Shown: positions 17,969 through 27,430 of the stretch, piece by piece | Layout: the number at the start of each line of letters is the position of its first letter | Numbering within the stretch: position 1 is the first letter of the stretch | Assembly: GCA_903822015.1 (NCBI GenBank) | Contig: CAIJNQ010000070.1 | Coordinates: 1-45,161 of the forward strand | Direction: 5' to 3' | DNA from: an uncultured Verrucomicrobia subdivision 3 bacterium | Lineage (GTDB): Bacteria > Verrucomicrobiota > Verrucomicrobiia > Limisphaerales > UBA11358 | DNA: 45,161 nt | Translations under genes and position numbers: made by a program | The notes under the pieces: model-generated | The model's input: the letters and a program-made list of their open reading frames with translations, nothing else | Databases searched by the model: none | Told to the model about the DNA's origin: nothing

Positions 17969-19504
17969 TTACTTTGCCTTCGCGTCCTTTTTCGTGTTGT
18001 CCACGCTCAAGTAACGGGTGCCGCCCAGGTCGCCATTGCGCCGCCATACTTTCACGAGAATCTGGGGACCCCGGGCATCCTTGCACAATTTGATCGCACT
18101 TTCCGCGTTGCTCACTGGCTGACGGTTGATCTGCACGATGACATCACCCTTTTGCAGGCCAGCTTCGGCGGAGTTGGAATCCTGATCCACATCCGTGACG
18201 ATCGCCCCCTGCACGCTGTCCGGTATTCTCAATTCCTGCCGCGCGTCGCGATCCAGATCGGCCACCGTCACGCCGTCCAGCGCATCGGTGGTCGAATTTT
18301 CCGAGTCGGAATTGTTTTTGATGCCACCTTCGCCGCCGCCTTCACCAGGCAACGTCGCGAGCATGACACTGATGTTTCGCTGAACGCCGTCGCGGATCAA
18401 TTTCACCATCGCGAGGCTGCCGGGTTCACATTGGGAAACGGCGAGCTGCAACCCGTGGGCATCAGACACGTCCACGCCGTTGAATGAAATAATCACATCG
18501 CCTGCTTTTATGCCGGCTTTTTCGGCCGGCGTCCCGGCCACCACGTCGCCAACGAGCGCCCCGTTCTGCGTGGATAATTTAAATTGTTCCTGCAAACCGG
18601 GGGTGATGTCCTGCGGCAGGATCCCCAGATATCCCCGCGTCACCTTGCCGCCCTTGATCAAACGTTCCATAGATCGCCGGGCCATGTTCACCGGCACGGC
18701 GAAGCCAACCCCCTCGCTGCCCCCGCTACGGGTCGCGATCCAGGTGTTGATGCCAACGAGCCGGCCCTCGGCATCAATGAGCGCCCCGCCGGAATTGCCG
18801 GGATTAATGGCCGCATCGGTCTGAATGAAATTTTCGTACCCGTTTGCGCCGTTGATGCCGTACCCGTGCCGGCCCAGCGCGCTGATGATACCCATGGTCA
18901 CCGTCTGGCCGACACCGAAGGGATTGCCGATGGCGAGGACGACATCGCCGATTTCCAACTGGTCGCTATCGGCCAGGGTGACGGCTGGCAAGCCGGTCGC
19001 GTCAATCTTCAAAACCGCCACATCGGTCTGCGGATCCGTGCCGATCAGTTTCGCGGTGAATTCTTTTTTCTTGTCGTCGCTGAAGGCCACCTTGATTTCA
19101 TCAGCGCCATTCACCACATGATTCGCGGTCAAAATATAACCGTCCGGCGATAAAATCACTCCGGAGCCCAGTCCTTGCTCCTTGCGCGACTGTGGCGTTT
19201 CGTCCTGCGGTATCTGGTCGCCAAAAAACTGCCGGAACATCGGGTTATTCCGGAAGGGGTTTTGCGTCGGCTGCACATGGATGGTGCGCGAGGAATAAAT
19301 GGTCACCACGCTTGGCGCGGCTTTTCTGACGATGGGAGCGTAACTGGTGCCGAGCTTGACATCCCGGTTGACCGGTGTGTTGGAAACGCTGATGTTTGGT
19401 GCGGAATCCTTGCCCCACAGCGTGAGGTCAAACACCGCAGCCACCAGCAGCGCCCCGGCGGCAGCCGATATAATTCGGACGAACGGACGTGAAAACATGT
19501 TCAT
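17969..19504 (-). CDS. htrA: periplasmic serine endoprotease, HtrA/DegP/DegQ family with two PDZ domains
   Basis: 511 aa with an N-terminal signal/anchor. Catalytic triad contexts: ILTANHVV (His), TDVAVLKI (Asp), NPGNSGGALID (Ser). Two PDZ-like regions follow (GYLGILPQD... and VTVADLD...GDVIVQINRQPV). Confidence 0.92.
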   Translation of the reverse strand: MNMFSRPFVRIISAAAGALLVAAVFDLTLWGKDSAPNISVSNTPVNRDVKLGTSYAPIVRKAAPSVVTIYSSRTIHVQPTQNPFRNNPMFRQFFGDQIPQDETPQSRKEQGLGSGVILSPDGYILTANHVVNGADEIKVAFSDDKKKEFTAKLIGTDPQTDVAVLKIDATGLPAVTLADSDQLEIGDVVLAIGNPFGVGQTVTMGIISALGRHGYGINGANGYENFIQTDAAINPGNSGGALIDAEGRLVGINTWIATRSGGSEGVGFAVPVNMARRSMERLIKGGKVTRGYLGILPQDITPGLQEQFKLSTQNGALVGDVVAGTPAEKAGIKAGDVIISFNGVDVSDAHGLQLAVSQCEPGSLAMVKLIRDGVQRNISVMLATLPGEGGGEGGIKNNSDSENSTTDALDGVTVADLDRDARQELRIPDSVQGAIVTDVDQDSNSAEAGLQKGDVIVQINRQPVSNAESAIKLCKDARGPQILVKVWRRNGDLGGTRYLSVDNTKKDAKAK

Positions 19505-19555
19505 AGCTTCGGTGAAATTGACACCGGAGCGGTCCGGACGTTCAAACGTCCTGGT

Positions 19556-20395
19556 TTACTTGGCCGGCGAATTCGTCTGCATCTTCGCCACGTCTTCCGC
19601 CTTGAGCGTCTCGATTTTGGCGCCCTTCTTCATTTCTTCAGCGGACGGCACCTTGATGATGTCGCTGGTGAGCGGCTGCGAGGAAGGCATCTGGGCCTGG
19701 GCCGGTGTGGCCTGGGTGTCAATCAGTTCGACTTCGAAAATCAAGGTGGAATTCGGCGGAATGCCGCGATTCCCCTGCTCACCGTAGGCAAGTTCCGACG
19801 GAATGAACAACTGCCACTTCGAGCCGACCTTCATTTGCGTCAAAGCTTCCGTCCAGCCGTGAATGACATGGTTCGCCTGAAACTGCACCGGATGGCCGAC
19901 CTTGGCCGAACTGTCAAACTCCGTGCCGTCGATGAACGTGCCGCGATAATTGACCGAAACCGTGGAATCCGGCGTCGGGATCGCCCCCGTGCCATTGGTC
20001 AGCACCTTGTATTGCAATCCGTCCGGCAGTGTAACCACCCCGGCAATATTTTTGTTGGTGGCCAGAAACGCGGCGCCGATCGCCTTGTTTTTTTCCGCCA
20101 GTTCCGCCCGCGCCTTCATCTGCTTGGCGGCGATGCTTTGCTGGAACGATTTCAAAGTGCTTTGCATCTCGGCTTGCGTCAGCAACGTCGGCTTGCCGGA
20201 CTGCTCATCCTTCAGCCCGCGCAGAACCAATTCGGGGTCCACGTCGATACTCTGCTGCTGCCAGTTATGGCCCAGCATCATGCCGATGGCGTAGCTCGCC
20301 TTCGACTTTTCATCGCTCAAAACATTTGTGTCATCCGCCAACAGCGGCGCGATGAAACCTGCGGAAATAATCACGGTCAATACAATGGCTTTCAT
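19556..20395 (-). CDS. FKBP-type peptidyl-prolyl cis-trans isomerase (FkpA/Mip-like, secreted)
   Basis: 279 aa. Signal peptide MKAIVLTVIISAGFIAPLLADD, then an N-terminal helical dimerisation-type region. FKBP core: VNYRGTFIDGTEFDSS, VIHGWTEAL, MKVGSKWQLFIPSELAYG, IPPNSTLIFEVELI. It has an extra C-terminal tail of about 55 aa. Confidence 0.88.
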   Translation of the reverse strand: MKAIVLTVIISAGFIAPLLADDTNVLSDEKSKASYAIGMMLGHNWQQQSIDVDPELVLRGLKDEQSGKPTLLTQAEMQSTLKSFQQSIAAKQMKARAELAEKNKAIGAAFLATNKNIAGVVTLPDGLQYKVLTNGTGAIPTPDSTVSVNYRGTFIDGTEFDSSAKVGHPVQFQANHVIHGWTEALTQMKVGSKWQLFIPSELAYGEQGNRGIPPNSTLIFEVELIDTQATPAQAQMPSSQPLTSDIIKVPSAEEMKKGAKIETLKAEDVAKMQTNSPAK

Positions 20396-20517
20396 AAATT
20401 TAAATTTTTGGAGGCGACATTATGCGAAGCTAAATCGAAAAAGCAACCTCGATTTTTCGTTGAGAGAAAACAATTTAAGTCGATCACTGCCGGTTGCGCG
20501 GTCAGGCTGACATGATT

Positions 20518-20889
20518 TCAGAGCAGAGACTTGATCAAATAGTAGCCACCCAGGAGCAACCCCAGGCAAGGCACCGCCTGCATCAAAAAAACCGGAAGCG
20601 CGAGCTTTTTGAGTTTCTTCACCGCCAGAACGGTGCCCGTTGATTCGATGATCAAAAACAAGCCGGCGCTGACCAGGATTATTTTCAAGCTGCACCACAC
20701 CGCCGGCCAGTCCAGCAGGTTCTGCCAGGTTGTCTGCATCGCCACGCTAAAAAACGACCCGGAATGTTCGCTGGCATCGGGGGTGAAAATGACCAGACCC
20801 AGCAAGCTGAGACCGGCCAGGCTCAATAGGCCGCCTTGGCGGTAAATTTCACGCTGCCGTTCCATGGGACATGCTGGTGGATGATTCAC
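20518..20889 (-). CDS. hypothetical small integral membrane protein (3-4 predicted TM segments)
   Basis: 123-aa ORF with hydrophobic stretches GLLSLAGLSLLGLVIF, ILVSAGLFLIIESTGTVLAV and VPCLGLLLGGYYLI. The start is uncertain (alternative Met at MERQRE). No family recognised. Confidence 0.5.
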   Translation of the reverse strand: MNHPPACPMERQREIYRQGGLLSLAGLSLLGLVIFTPDASEHSGSFFSVAMQTTWQNLLDWPAVWCSLKIILVSAGLFLIIESTGTVLAVKKLKKLALPVFLMQAVPCLGLLLGGYYLIKSLL

Positions 20890-21019
20890 TGCAAAACAAT
20901 CAATCGGGCTTGCGTTTAAATTGAATCACCTTCTTAAAAAAATCAAGTGACGACATGCATTCGCCGAAATCAAAAAGCACTTCGCGCAGCGAGCCAGACG
21001 GAATTAAGCTCAGGCTATG

Positions 21020-22726
21020 TCATAACTTCAACGCGTCATCCGTCACCGCACCAAGCGAGGCGCTCGTGACGTGGGCGGCGTATTTCGCCAGCACGCCACG
21101 GGTATATCGGGGCGCGGGCTGCTTCCAGGTTTTGCGCCGTGCGGTCAGTTCCTTAGCGGGAATGGCCAGCGTTAGCTCCCGCTTCTCGGCGTCAATACGG
21201 ATGGGGTCGCCGTTCTTCACCAGCGCAATCGTCCCGCCCACGTATGCTTCCGGCGTGATGTGGCCAACCACGAAACCGTGGCTGCCCCCGGAAAACCGTC
21301 CGTCGGTGATCAGCGCCACGTCTTTGCCGAGTCCCTTGCCCATGATGGCCGAGGTCGGTGAGAGCATTTCCCGCATGCCGGGTCCGCCCTTCGGACCTTC
21401 GTAGCGGATGACAATGACGTGGCCCTTCTTGACCGTGCCGTTGAGGATGGCCTTCATCGCCTTCTCCTCGGATTCAAACACGATAGCCCTGCCCTCGAAG
21501 TGCAGGCCTTCCTTGCCGGAAATCTTGGCGACCGCGCCGCCGCTGGCAAGATTTCCGCGCAGGATGACCAGATGGCTGTCGGGCTTGATCGGGTTGTCAA
21601 AGCCGTGAATGATCGTCTGTTGGCTCGGATACGGTTTTACGTCGCGCAGCGCCCCGGCCATGGTTTCGCCGGTGACGGTGAGGACGTCGCCGTGAAGCAG
21701 TTGCTTATCAAGCAACATTTTCATCAGCGGCCGGATGCCGCCGATGGCAACGACTTCGGACATTAAATGTTTTCCGCTCGGTTTCAGGTCGGCAAGCACG
21801 GGCACGCGTTTGCCGATGCGCGTAAAATCGTCAAGGGTCAGCTTCACCTTAGCCGCGTGCGCGATGGCCAGGAGGTGCAGCACGGCATTCGTCGAGCCGC
21901 CGAGCGCGATGACTACGGTGATGGCGTTCTCAAAGGCTTTTTTAGTGAGGATGTCCAACGGCTTGATGCCCAGCTGCAACATCTTCACGACGGCGGCGCC
22001 GGCGCGGCGGCAGTCGTCAAGTTTTGCTGGGGAAACGGCGTTTTGCGCAGAACTGTTGGGCAGGCTCATGCCAAGTGCCTCAATGGCGCTGGCCATGGTG
22101 TTGGCGGTATACATGCCGCCGCAGGAACCGGCACCGGGAATGGCGCATTGCTCGACGGCCTTGAATTCGGCATCGGAAATCTTGTTGTTCGCATGAGCGC
22201 CAATGGCTTCGAAGACCGACACCACATCGAGCTTGCGGCTGTCGCCGGTGATACAGCCGGGCAGAATCGTGCCGCCGTATACAAAGACCGCGGGCCGGTT
22301 CATGCGCGCGATGGCGATGAGCGCGCCGGGCATGTTTTTGTCGCAACCGCCGATGGCCACATATCCGTCCATGCCCGCACAGCCCACCACGGTTTCAATC
22401 GAGTCGGCGATGACTTCGCGCGAGACGAGTGAGTATTTCATGCCCTCGCTGCCCATTGAGATGCCGTCGGAAATGGTGATGGTGTTGAAGATAATCGCCT
22501 TGCCGCCATTTGCGTTCACCCCCTTCTCGGATTCGAGCGCCAGCTTGTCGATGTGCATGTTGCACGGCGTGACGTTACTCCACGTCGAGGCGATACCGAT
22601 GATGGGTTTGGCAAAATCGGACTCGGTGAAGCCGACGGGATAAAGCATGGCCCGGGCGGCGGCGCGTTCCGGGCCGTCCACGAGAATGCTGGAATAGGGC
22701 CGCGTATTAATCTGTTTCTTCTTCAT
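21020..22726 (-). CDS. ilvD: dihydroxy-acid dehydratase
   Basis: 568 aa. IlvD/Edd family motifs: [56 protein letters not shown]. Confidence 0.95.
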   Translation of the reverse strand: MKKKQINTRPYSSILVDGPERAAARAMLYPVGFTESDFAKPIIGIASTWSNVTPCNMHIDKLALESEKGVNANGGKAIIFNTITISDGISMGSEGMKYSLVSREVIADSIETVVGCAGMDGYVAIGGCDKNMPGALIAIARMNRPAVFVYGGTILPGCITGDSRKLDVVSVFEAIGAHANNKISDAEFKAVEQCAIPGAGSCGGMYTANTMASAIEALGMSLPNSSAQNAVSPAKLDDCRRAGAAVVKMLQLGIKPLDILTKKAFENAITVVIALGGSTNAVLHLLAIAHAAKVKLTLDDFTRIGKRVPVLADLKPSGKHLMSEVVAIGGIRPLMKMLLDKQLLHGDVLTVTGETMAGALRDVKPYPSQQTIIHGFDNPIKPDSHLVILRGNLASGGAVAKISGKEGLHFEGRAIVFESEEKAMKAILNGTVKKGHVIVIRYEGPKGGPGMREMLSPTSAIMGKGLGKDVALITDGRFSGGSHGFVVGHITPEAYVGGTIALVKNGDPIRIDAEKRELTLAIPAKELTARRKTWKQPAPRYTRGVLAKYAAHVTSASLGAVTDDALKL

Positions 22727-22829
22727 TTAGGAAATGCTGCCGGAAAAATTCCTGCGCGGCAAGCCGCGGAAGTTTGGTGTCTACGTGTCGAGTTTGCCCG
22801 AACCGGAGGCGGGCGAGGGCGTTCGGCTT

Positions 22830-23966
22830 TCAGGTCCCGGTCGCATTCATTGCCCGCTCGGTTTTTAATCGCAACTGGCCGCAGGCGGCGTCAATGTCGC
22901 CGCCCTTTTCGCGGCGCAGCGTGGCGGAAACCCGCTGCTTCTCCAGTGCGGCGAGAAAATCTTCCTGAACTTTTTCATCGGGCCGTTCCCATGGCAAACC
23001 ATCAACCCGGTTGTAGGGAATCAGATTCACCTTGGCGCGCAAATGCCGGGCCAGCGCGCCAAGCGGCCGGGTCTGGTCAATCGCATCATTCACGCCGGCA
23101 ATCAAAATGTATTCGAACGTGATCATGCGGTCCTTTTGCGCCTGATAATATTCGAGGGCGGCGGTGAGTTCCTTGAGCGGATATTTGCGATTGACGGGCA
23201 TGATGCGCTGGCGGACGTCATCCGTTGCGCCGTGCAACGAAATCGCGAGGCGAAATTGCTCCGGTTCGTCCGCCAGCCGGCGGATCTGCGGGACGAGTCC
23301 GCTTGTGGAAATCGTGATCTTCCGCGCGCCGATACCTCCGCCCCAAGGGGCGTTCAGGATGCGCAACGCCTTGAGCAAATTCTCGTAGTTCGACAGCGGC
23401 TCGCCCATGCCCATGATGACCAGATTATTAATGAGCCGGGTATCGGCCCCCGGCTCGGCGGCAGCCGGCTGGGAACTTTCAACCTTCAACCTGGCACTCT
23501 CCGCCTCGTTCCAGCGCTCAATGGCCAGAACCTGCTCGACAATTTCGTTTGGCGCGAGGTTCCGTTTCCAGCCGTCGAGGCCGCTCGCGCAAAATTTACA
23601 GCCGTAGGCACAACCAACCTGCGTGGAGACGCAGAGCGTGTGGCGGTCGCTCGCCTCGCCGTAAAGCGCGGGGTTGGCCGGAATCAAAACGCTCTCGATG
23701 AACGCGCCGTCCGCCAGCTTCCAGAGAAATTTCTGCGTGATATCGCGCGCCCCCTGCTTGCGGACGAGTTCAAGCGATCCCAGCGAATAATTTTCCGACA
23801 ACTGCGCGCGCAGTCTTTTCGGCAGGTTCGTCATTGTGTCCCAGGCGGTGGCGCGGCGGAGGTAAAGCCATTCGAGCAATTGGGTGACGCGATAAGCCGG
23901 CTGCTCCCAGAGTTTGAATTGGGCTTCCAGCTCTTCGCGCGTCAGGGATTTGATGTCAGTCAACAC
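22830..23966 (-). CDS. rlmN: 23S rRNA/tRNA (adenine-C2)-methyltransferase RlmN, radical SAM
   Basis: 378 aa. YRVTQLLEWLY N-terminal region; radical-SAM cluster CVSTQVGCAYGCKFCASG; NLVIMGMGEPL; conserved C-terminal DIDAACGQL. Confidence 0.92.
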   Translation of the reverse strand: MLTDIKSLTREELEAQFKLWEQPAYRVTQLLEWLYLRRATAWDTMTNLPKRLRAQLSENYSLGSLELVRKQGARDITQKFLWKLADGAFIESVLIPANPALYGEASDRHTLCVSTQVGCAYGCKFCASGLDGWKRNLAPNEIVEQVLAIERWNEAESARLKVESSQPAAAEPGADTRLINNLVIMGMGEPLSNYENLLKALRILNAPWGGGIGARKITISTSGLVPQIRRLADEPEQFRLAISLHGATDDVRQRIMPVNRKYPLKELTAALEYYQAQKDRMITFEYILIAGVNDAIDQTRPLGALARHLRAKVNLIPYNRVDGLPWERPDEKVQEDFLAALEKQRVSATLRREKGGDIDAACGQLRLKTERAMNATGT

Positions 23967-24027
23967 CCCTCCAACTTAATGGGTGCAGGCCGGAAAACCG
24001 AACTTTTTATCCGCCACCTCAAGTGCT

Positions 24028-24711
24028 TCATGGCATTGCCGCGCGGTCGGCTAGAACCAGGGCGTTGTCGGGGCAGATCTGTCCGGCGGGAATGGATGCG
24101 TCGCCGTTCCGCAGGCGCACCAGCATTTCGGCCTTCTCGGCACCGGTCACCACCCACAATATCCGCCGCGAACGATTCAGCATGGGATACGTCAAGGTCA
24201 TCCGGCGGCGCGCCTGATAAATCCCGGTTAACGCCACGTCGGCATCGGCAACTTGCAACACCGGATCACCCGGTATCAACGAAGCGGTGTGACCGTCCGG
24301 ACCAAGCCCCAGATGCGCGAGATCCAGCACCGGCGGTGTGCCGGCGATTTGCCGTAGGGTCCGGGCATAACTTCCGGCGGCGGCTTCCAGATCATTTGCT
24401 TCCACCGGCATGGCGTAAATCTGTTCGGGTCGCAGCGGTGTATGCGATAGCAGGCTTTCCCACAGATGCGTGAGGTTTCGGTCCGGGTCGCCTTCCGGTG
24501 CAATGCGTTCATCCACCTGGACAATTTGGATATCCGGCCACGGGACACTTTCGCCGGCCAGGGCGCGCAGCATCAGCCAGGGTGTCCGGCCACCACTTAC
24601 CGCCAGGATGAACCGGCCGCGTCCCGCCACGGCCACCCGCGCCTCCGCCGCGATGATCTTTGCGGCCCCGCGGGCGACGCCATCGGCATTCTCGAAGACC
24701 TGATATTTCAT
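24028..24711 (-). CDS. pgl: 6-phosphogluconolactonase
   Basis: 227 aa. LAVSGGRTP, VQVDERIAPEGDPDRN, LGLGPDGHTASLIPG. These are the glucosamine-6-P isomerase/6-PGL family signatures in the Pgl/DevB arrangement. Confidence 0.88.
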   Translation of the reverse strand: MKYQVFENADGVARGAAKIIAAEARVAVAGRGRFILAVSGGRTPWLMLRALAGESVPWPDIQIVQVDERIAPEGDPDRNLTHLWESLLSHTPLRPEQIYAMPVEANDLEAAAGSYARTLRQIAGTPPVLDLAHLGLGPDGHTASLIPGDPVLQVADADVALTGIYQARRRMTLTYPMLNRSRRILWVVTGAEKAEMLVRLRNGDASIPAGQICPDNALVLADRAAMP

Positions 24712-24772
24712 TTCGCGTCGTTTGCCGGAGGCTGAAGTGGGAACGATGGAATATTGTTTTAAAAAAGTAAAC

Positions 24773-24860
24773 TGGCGGAGAGAGTGGGATTTGAACCCAC
24801 GGTAGTGTTACCTACGCACGCTTTCCAGGCGTGTGCCTTAAACCACTCAGCCATCTCTCC
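24773..24860 (-). tRNA. tRNA-Ser (anticodon GGA), long variable arm, CCA encoded
   Basis: Reverse complement: GGAGAGATGGCTGAGTGGTTTAAGGCACACGCCTGGAAAGCGTGCGTAGGTAACACTACCGTGGGTTCAAATCCCACTCTCTCCGCCA. The acceptor stem is GGAGAGA/TCTCTCC, the anticodon stem CACGC/GCGTG with loop CTGGAAA. It has a 17-nt class II variable arm and the T arm GTGGG-TTCAAAT-CCCAC. Confidence 0.92.
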
Positions 24861-25051
24861 GGCGGTTTTCATTTTGCAAAAACGCCCCTCTATTTCTCAC
24901 GAATACCGGTTTGGGGCAAGCTGATTCGGAGTCTCGTTATGTACATCTAAAACCAATCGGCCAAAATTTTGAATTGTCGGCCTCAATTTTTGGAACGAAT
25001 TCAGACCGATGCCCGGTTGCCAGATGCAAGGGTAACACTTAGTCTTCTCCC

Positions 25052-25672
25052 GTGATTGCTTTACTCGATTACGGCTCCGGCAACTTGCGCAGCGTTCACA
25101 AATCGCTGCTGAAAGTGGGCGCGAACGTCCGGATCGCCCGGCGACCGGACGAAATCAGAGATGCCTCGGCGATGGTTTTGCCCGGGGTCGGCGCATTCGA
25201 CGATTGCATCAACGCCCTGCGCCAGCAGGAGTTGTTCGAGGCGGCCCGCGATTTTATTCAGACCGGCAAACCGTTCCTCGGCATCTGCGTCGGTTATCAG
25301 GCGCTGTTTGAACGGAGTGAGGAATTCAATTCCTGCGCCGCCGGACTCGGCCTGTTCCAAGGCAGCGTCGTCCGTTTCACGGAAAAACCCGGGCTGAAGA
25401 TTCCGCAGATCGGATGGAACCAACTCGACATCGTGCGGACAAACTGTCCGCTCTATCGCGGCATCGCCAGCGGCAGCTATGTCTACTTCGTCCACAGTTT
25501 CTACCCCCGACCGGTTGACGCCGGAATCGTGGCTACGCGCACGGAATACGGCGACACCTTTGCCTCCTCCGTCTGGCGCGATAACGTGTTCGCCACACAA
25601 TTTCACCCGGAAAAAAGCCAGAAAGTCGGCTTGCAACTGCTCAACAACTTCGTGGCCCTGACCCGGACTTGA
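25052..25672 (+). CDS. hisH: imidazole glycerol phosphate synthase, glutamine amidotransferase subunit HisH
   Basis: 206 aa with a GTG start. IALLDYGSGNLRSVHKSL, LPGVGAFD, GICVGYQALFE (nucleophile Cys), VHSFY, QFHPEKS. Confidence 0.92.
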   Translation: MIALLDYGSGNLRSVHKSLLKVGANVRIARRPDEIRDASAMVLPGVGAFDDCINALRQQELFEAARDFIQTGKPFLGICVGYQALFERSEEFNSCAAGLGLFQGSVVRFTEKPGLKIPQIGWNQLDIVRTNCPLYRGIASGSYVYFVHSFYPRPVDAGIVATRTEYGDTFASSVWRDNVFATQFHPEKSQKVGLQLLNNFVALTRT

Positions 25673-25750
25673 AAGATCCGCGCCAAAACATGGTGATGAA
25701 TTGGCCAAATCGGATTTGTGCGGTTGCCCGGTTTGATTACCATCACTGGC

Positions 25751-27211
25751 ATGGCTGTTCAGAACCGCATCGTAAAAATCCAGAAGCGCAACCGGGCGCT
25801 GGTTAAGTTTGATCCGGCGCGCATCTGCCAGGCCATGTTCCGCGCGGCGGAATCCATCGGCGGGTTTCAGCAGGATTTTCTACCCGGCGTCAACGAAAAG
25901 ATTTTCAGCGCCTTCGGCCCGGATCAAGGCATTGCCGCCTTTCTTGCGGATACGGCCATCGTCTGCCTCAACTCCGACCCGCACCATTTCATATCCAATT
26001 TTCCCCCGACCATCGAGACGATTCAGGACAAGGTGCTGCACGTCTTGCGGAGCCACGGATTTCAGAAAACCGCCGATGCCTACGAATGTTACCGCTGGAG
26101 CCGCCACTGGTTGCGCGAAGGGGCCATCACCCCGGCGCAATTCGCCGGGAACGGGTTCCCGCGGGAACGGATGCAGCAAACCCTCGAATGGAACCGGCAA
26201 CAAGGCGTGGATACGGTTGCCGGCCTGAATGAAAAAGTACGCACCGGTAAAATCCGGGACACTATTAGTCATTCGCTTGCGGCTTATGAAGCCTCGCTGG
26301 ACGAGGCGGCAAAAAAGGTTGTGGCCCGCCTGAACCGGGGCGACCAGTTGCGCATGCTGTGGGTGGGCGGCCCGAGTTCCTCCGGCAAGACGACCACCAC
26401 CGTGAAACTCACGCAGCGGCTCGAAAAAAACGGACTCCGGTTCCTGATGCTGAACCTCGACGATTATTTCTGGTCGGCGATGGAGCATCCGACCGATTGG
26501 TTGAACGACCGGAACTTCGAGGCGCCTGAAGCCTTGGACATCCAGTTGTTGAACGAGCATCTGCGCGGATTGCTGGATGGAAAAACGATTGAAAAACCCG
26601 TTTATAGTTTCAAGGAAGGGCGGCGCGTCGGCACCCGGTCGGTCAAACTGGAGCCCGACCAGATTTTGCTTCTCGATTGCCTGCACGGATTTTATCCACC
26701 GATAACGGAGGATATTGGAGTTTCCTCCCAATTCCGGGTTTACATTGAGGCGATGAACATGCTTTACGAAGGCGACGGCAGCACGAAACGCCTCACGCAA
26801 TTCACTGATGCCCGGCTTATCCGCCGGATGTTGCGCGACGCCAAGCACCGCAACCACAGCCCACTGGCCACCATCCTCCATTGGCACTACGTCCGCTACG
26901 GTGAACTGTTCAGCATCATTCCGCTGATGGGACTGGCGGATCACGTCATCAATGGCGGCATGCCCTTCGATCTGCCCGCTTTAAAACCCTTTTTTAACGG
27001 TGCTGGCGGGTTGCTCCCCGGACCGGAAGATTTCATGCCTTTCTCCGGTTTTCTCGACGCGCGCATCCGCTACGACCGGGTAAAGGATTTGCTTGAATCC
27101 GTCGAAGCATTTACCGCGACTCAGGTCTCGAATCCGGACTTCATTTCCGGTGATGCGGTGATCCGCGAATTCATCGGCGGCAGCACCATCAGGATTCCGC
27201 ACAACGATTAA
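25751..27211 (+). CDS. ATP-cone domain protein fused to a uridine kinase / phosphoribulokinase-family P-loop kinase
   Basis: The track ORF starts at GTG 25718; ATG 25751 (MAVQNRIVKIQKRNRALVKFDPARICQAMFRAAES ... TIETIQDKVLHVLRSHGFQKTADAYECYRWSR) gives a classic ATP-cone. The downstream Walker A WVGGPSSSGKTTTTVKL, LDDYF, NFEAPEALDIQLLNEHLRGLLDGKTIEKPVYSF and ILLLDCLHG match the Udk/PRK family layout. Confidence 0.7.
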   Translation: MAVQNRIVKIQKRNRALVKFDPARICQAMFRAAESIGGFQQDFLPGVNEKIFSAFGPDQGIAAFLADTAIVCLNSDPHHFISNFPPTIETIQDKVLHVLRSHGFQKTADAYECYRWSRHWLREGAITPAQFAGNGFPRERMQQTLEWNRQQGVDTVAGLNEKVRTGKIRDTISHSLAAYEASLDEAAKKVVARLNRGDQLRMLWVGGPSSSGKTTTTVKLTQRLEKNGLRFLMLNLDDYFWSAMEHPTDWLNDRNFEAPEALDIQLLNEHLRGLLDGKTIEKPVYSFKEGRRVGTRSVKLEPDQILLLDCLHGFYPPITEDIGVSSQFRVYIEAMNMLYEGDGSTKRLTQFTDARLIRRMLRDAKHRNHSPLATILHWHYVRYGELFSIIPLMGLADHVINGGMPFDLPALKPFFNGAGGLLPGPEDFMPFSGFLDARIRYDRVKDLLESVEAFTATQVSNPDFISGDAVIREFIGGSTIRIPHND

Positions 27212-27430
27212 ATGACTCAAAAATCGAACTCAGCCTTTGAACGGCCGGATATTTCAGACGGCATGTGCCATCGCCGTTCCACCCGACCGGGTTGGTAATT
27301 ATATATTTATCACCTCAACCGCTCTGCGTACTTCACCTGATAGCATTTTTTTGTCCGCACTTGCATTTTATTCCCGGCTGGCGCAATTTGCAGCCAGCAG
27401 TTTAGCTACCAACCAAAAACAAAATAAATT

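Noticed and set aside
20432-20455. 7-bp AT-rich hairpin (aaatcga-N10-tcgattt) between the small membrane protein gene and the FKBP gene
   Set aside because: The stem is weak and no U-tract follows it on the transcribed (minus) strand. This is insufficient for a terminator call.
23043-24473. 476-aa plus-strand ORF spanning the region antisense to rlmN and pgl
   Set aside because: It lies entirely opposite two genes with unmistakable family motifs. Its translation is Arg/Ala/Pro/Gly-rich low-complexity sequence typical of shadow frames in GC-rich DNA, and it crosses an intergenic region without any change in character.
25880-26944. 354-aa minus-strand ORF antisense to the ATP-cone kinase gene
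   Set aside because: Shadow ORF. It has no recognisable motifs, whereas the plus-strand frame has the ATP-cone and Walker A signatures.
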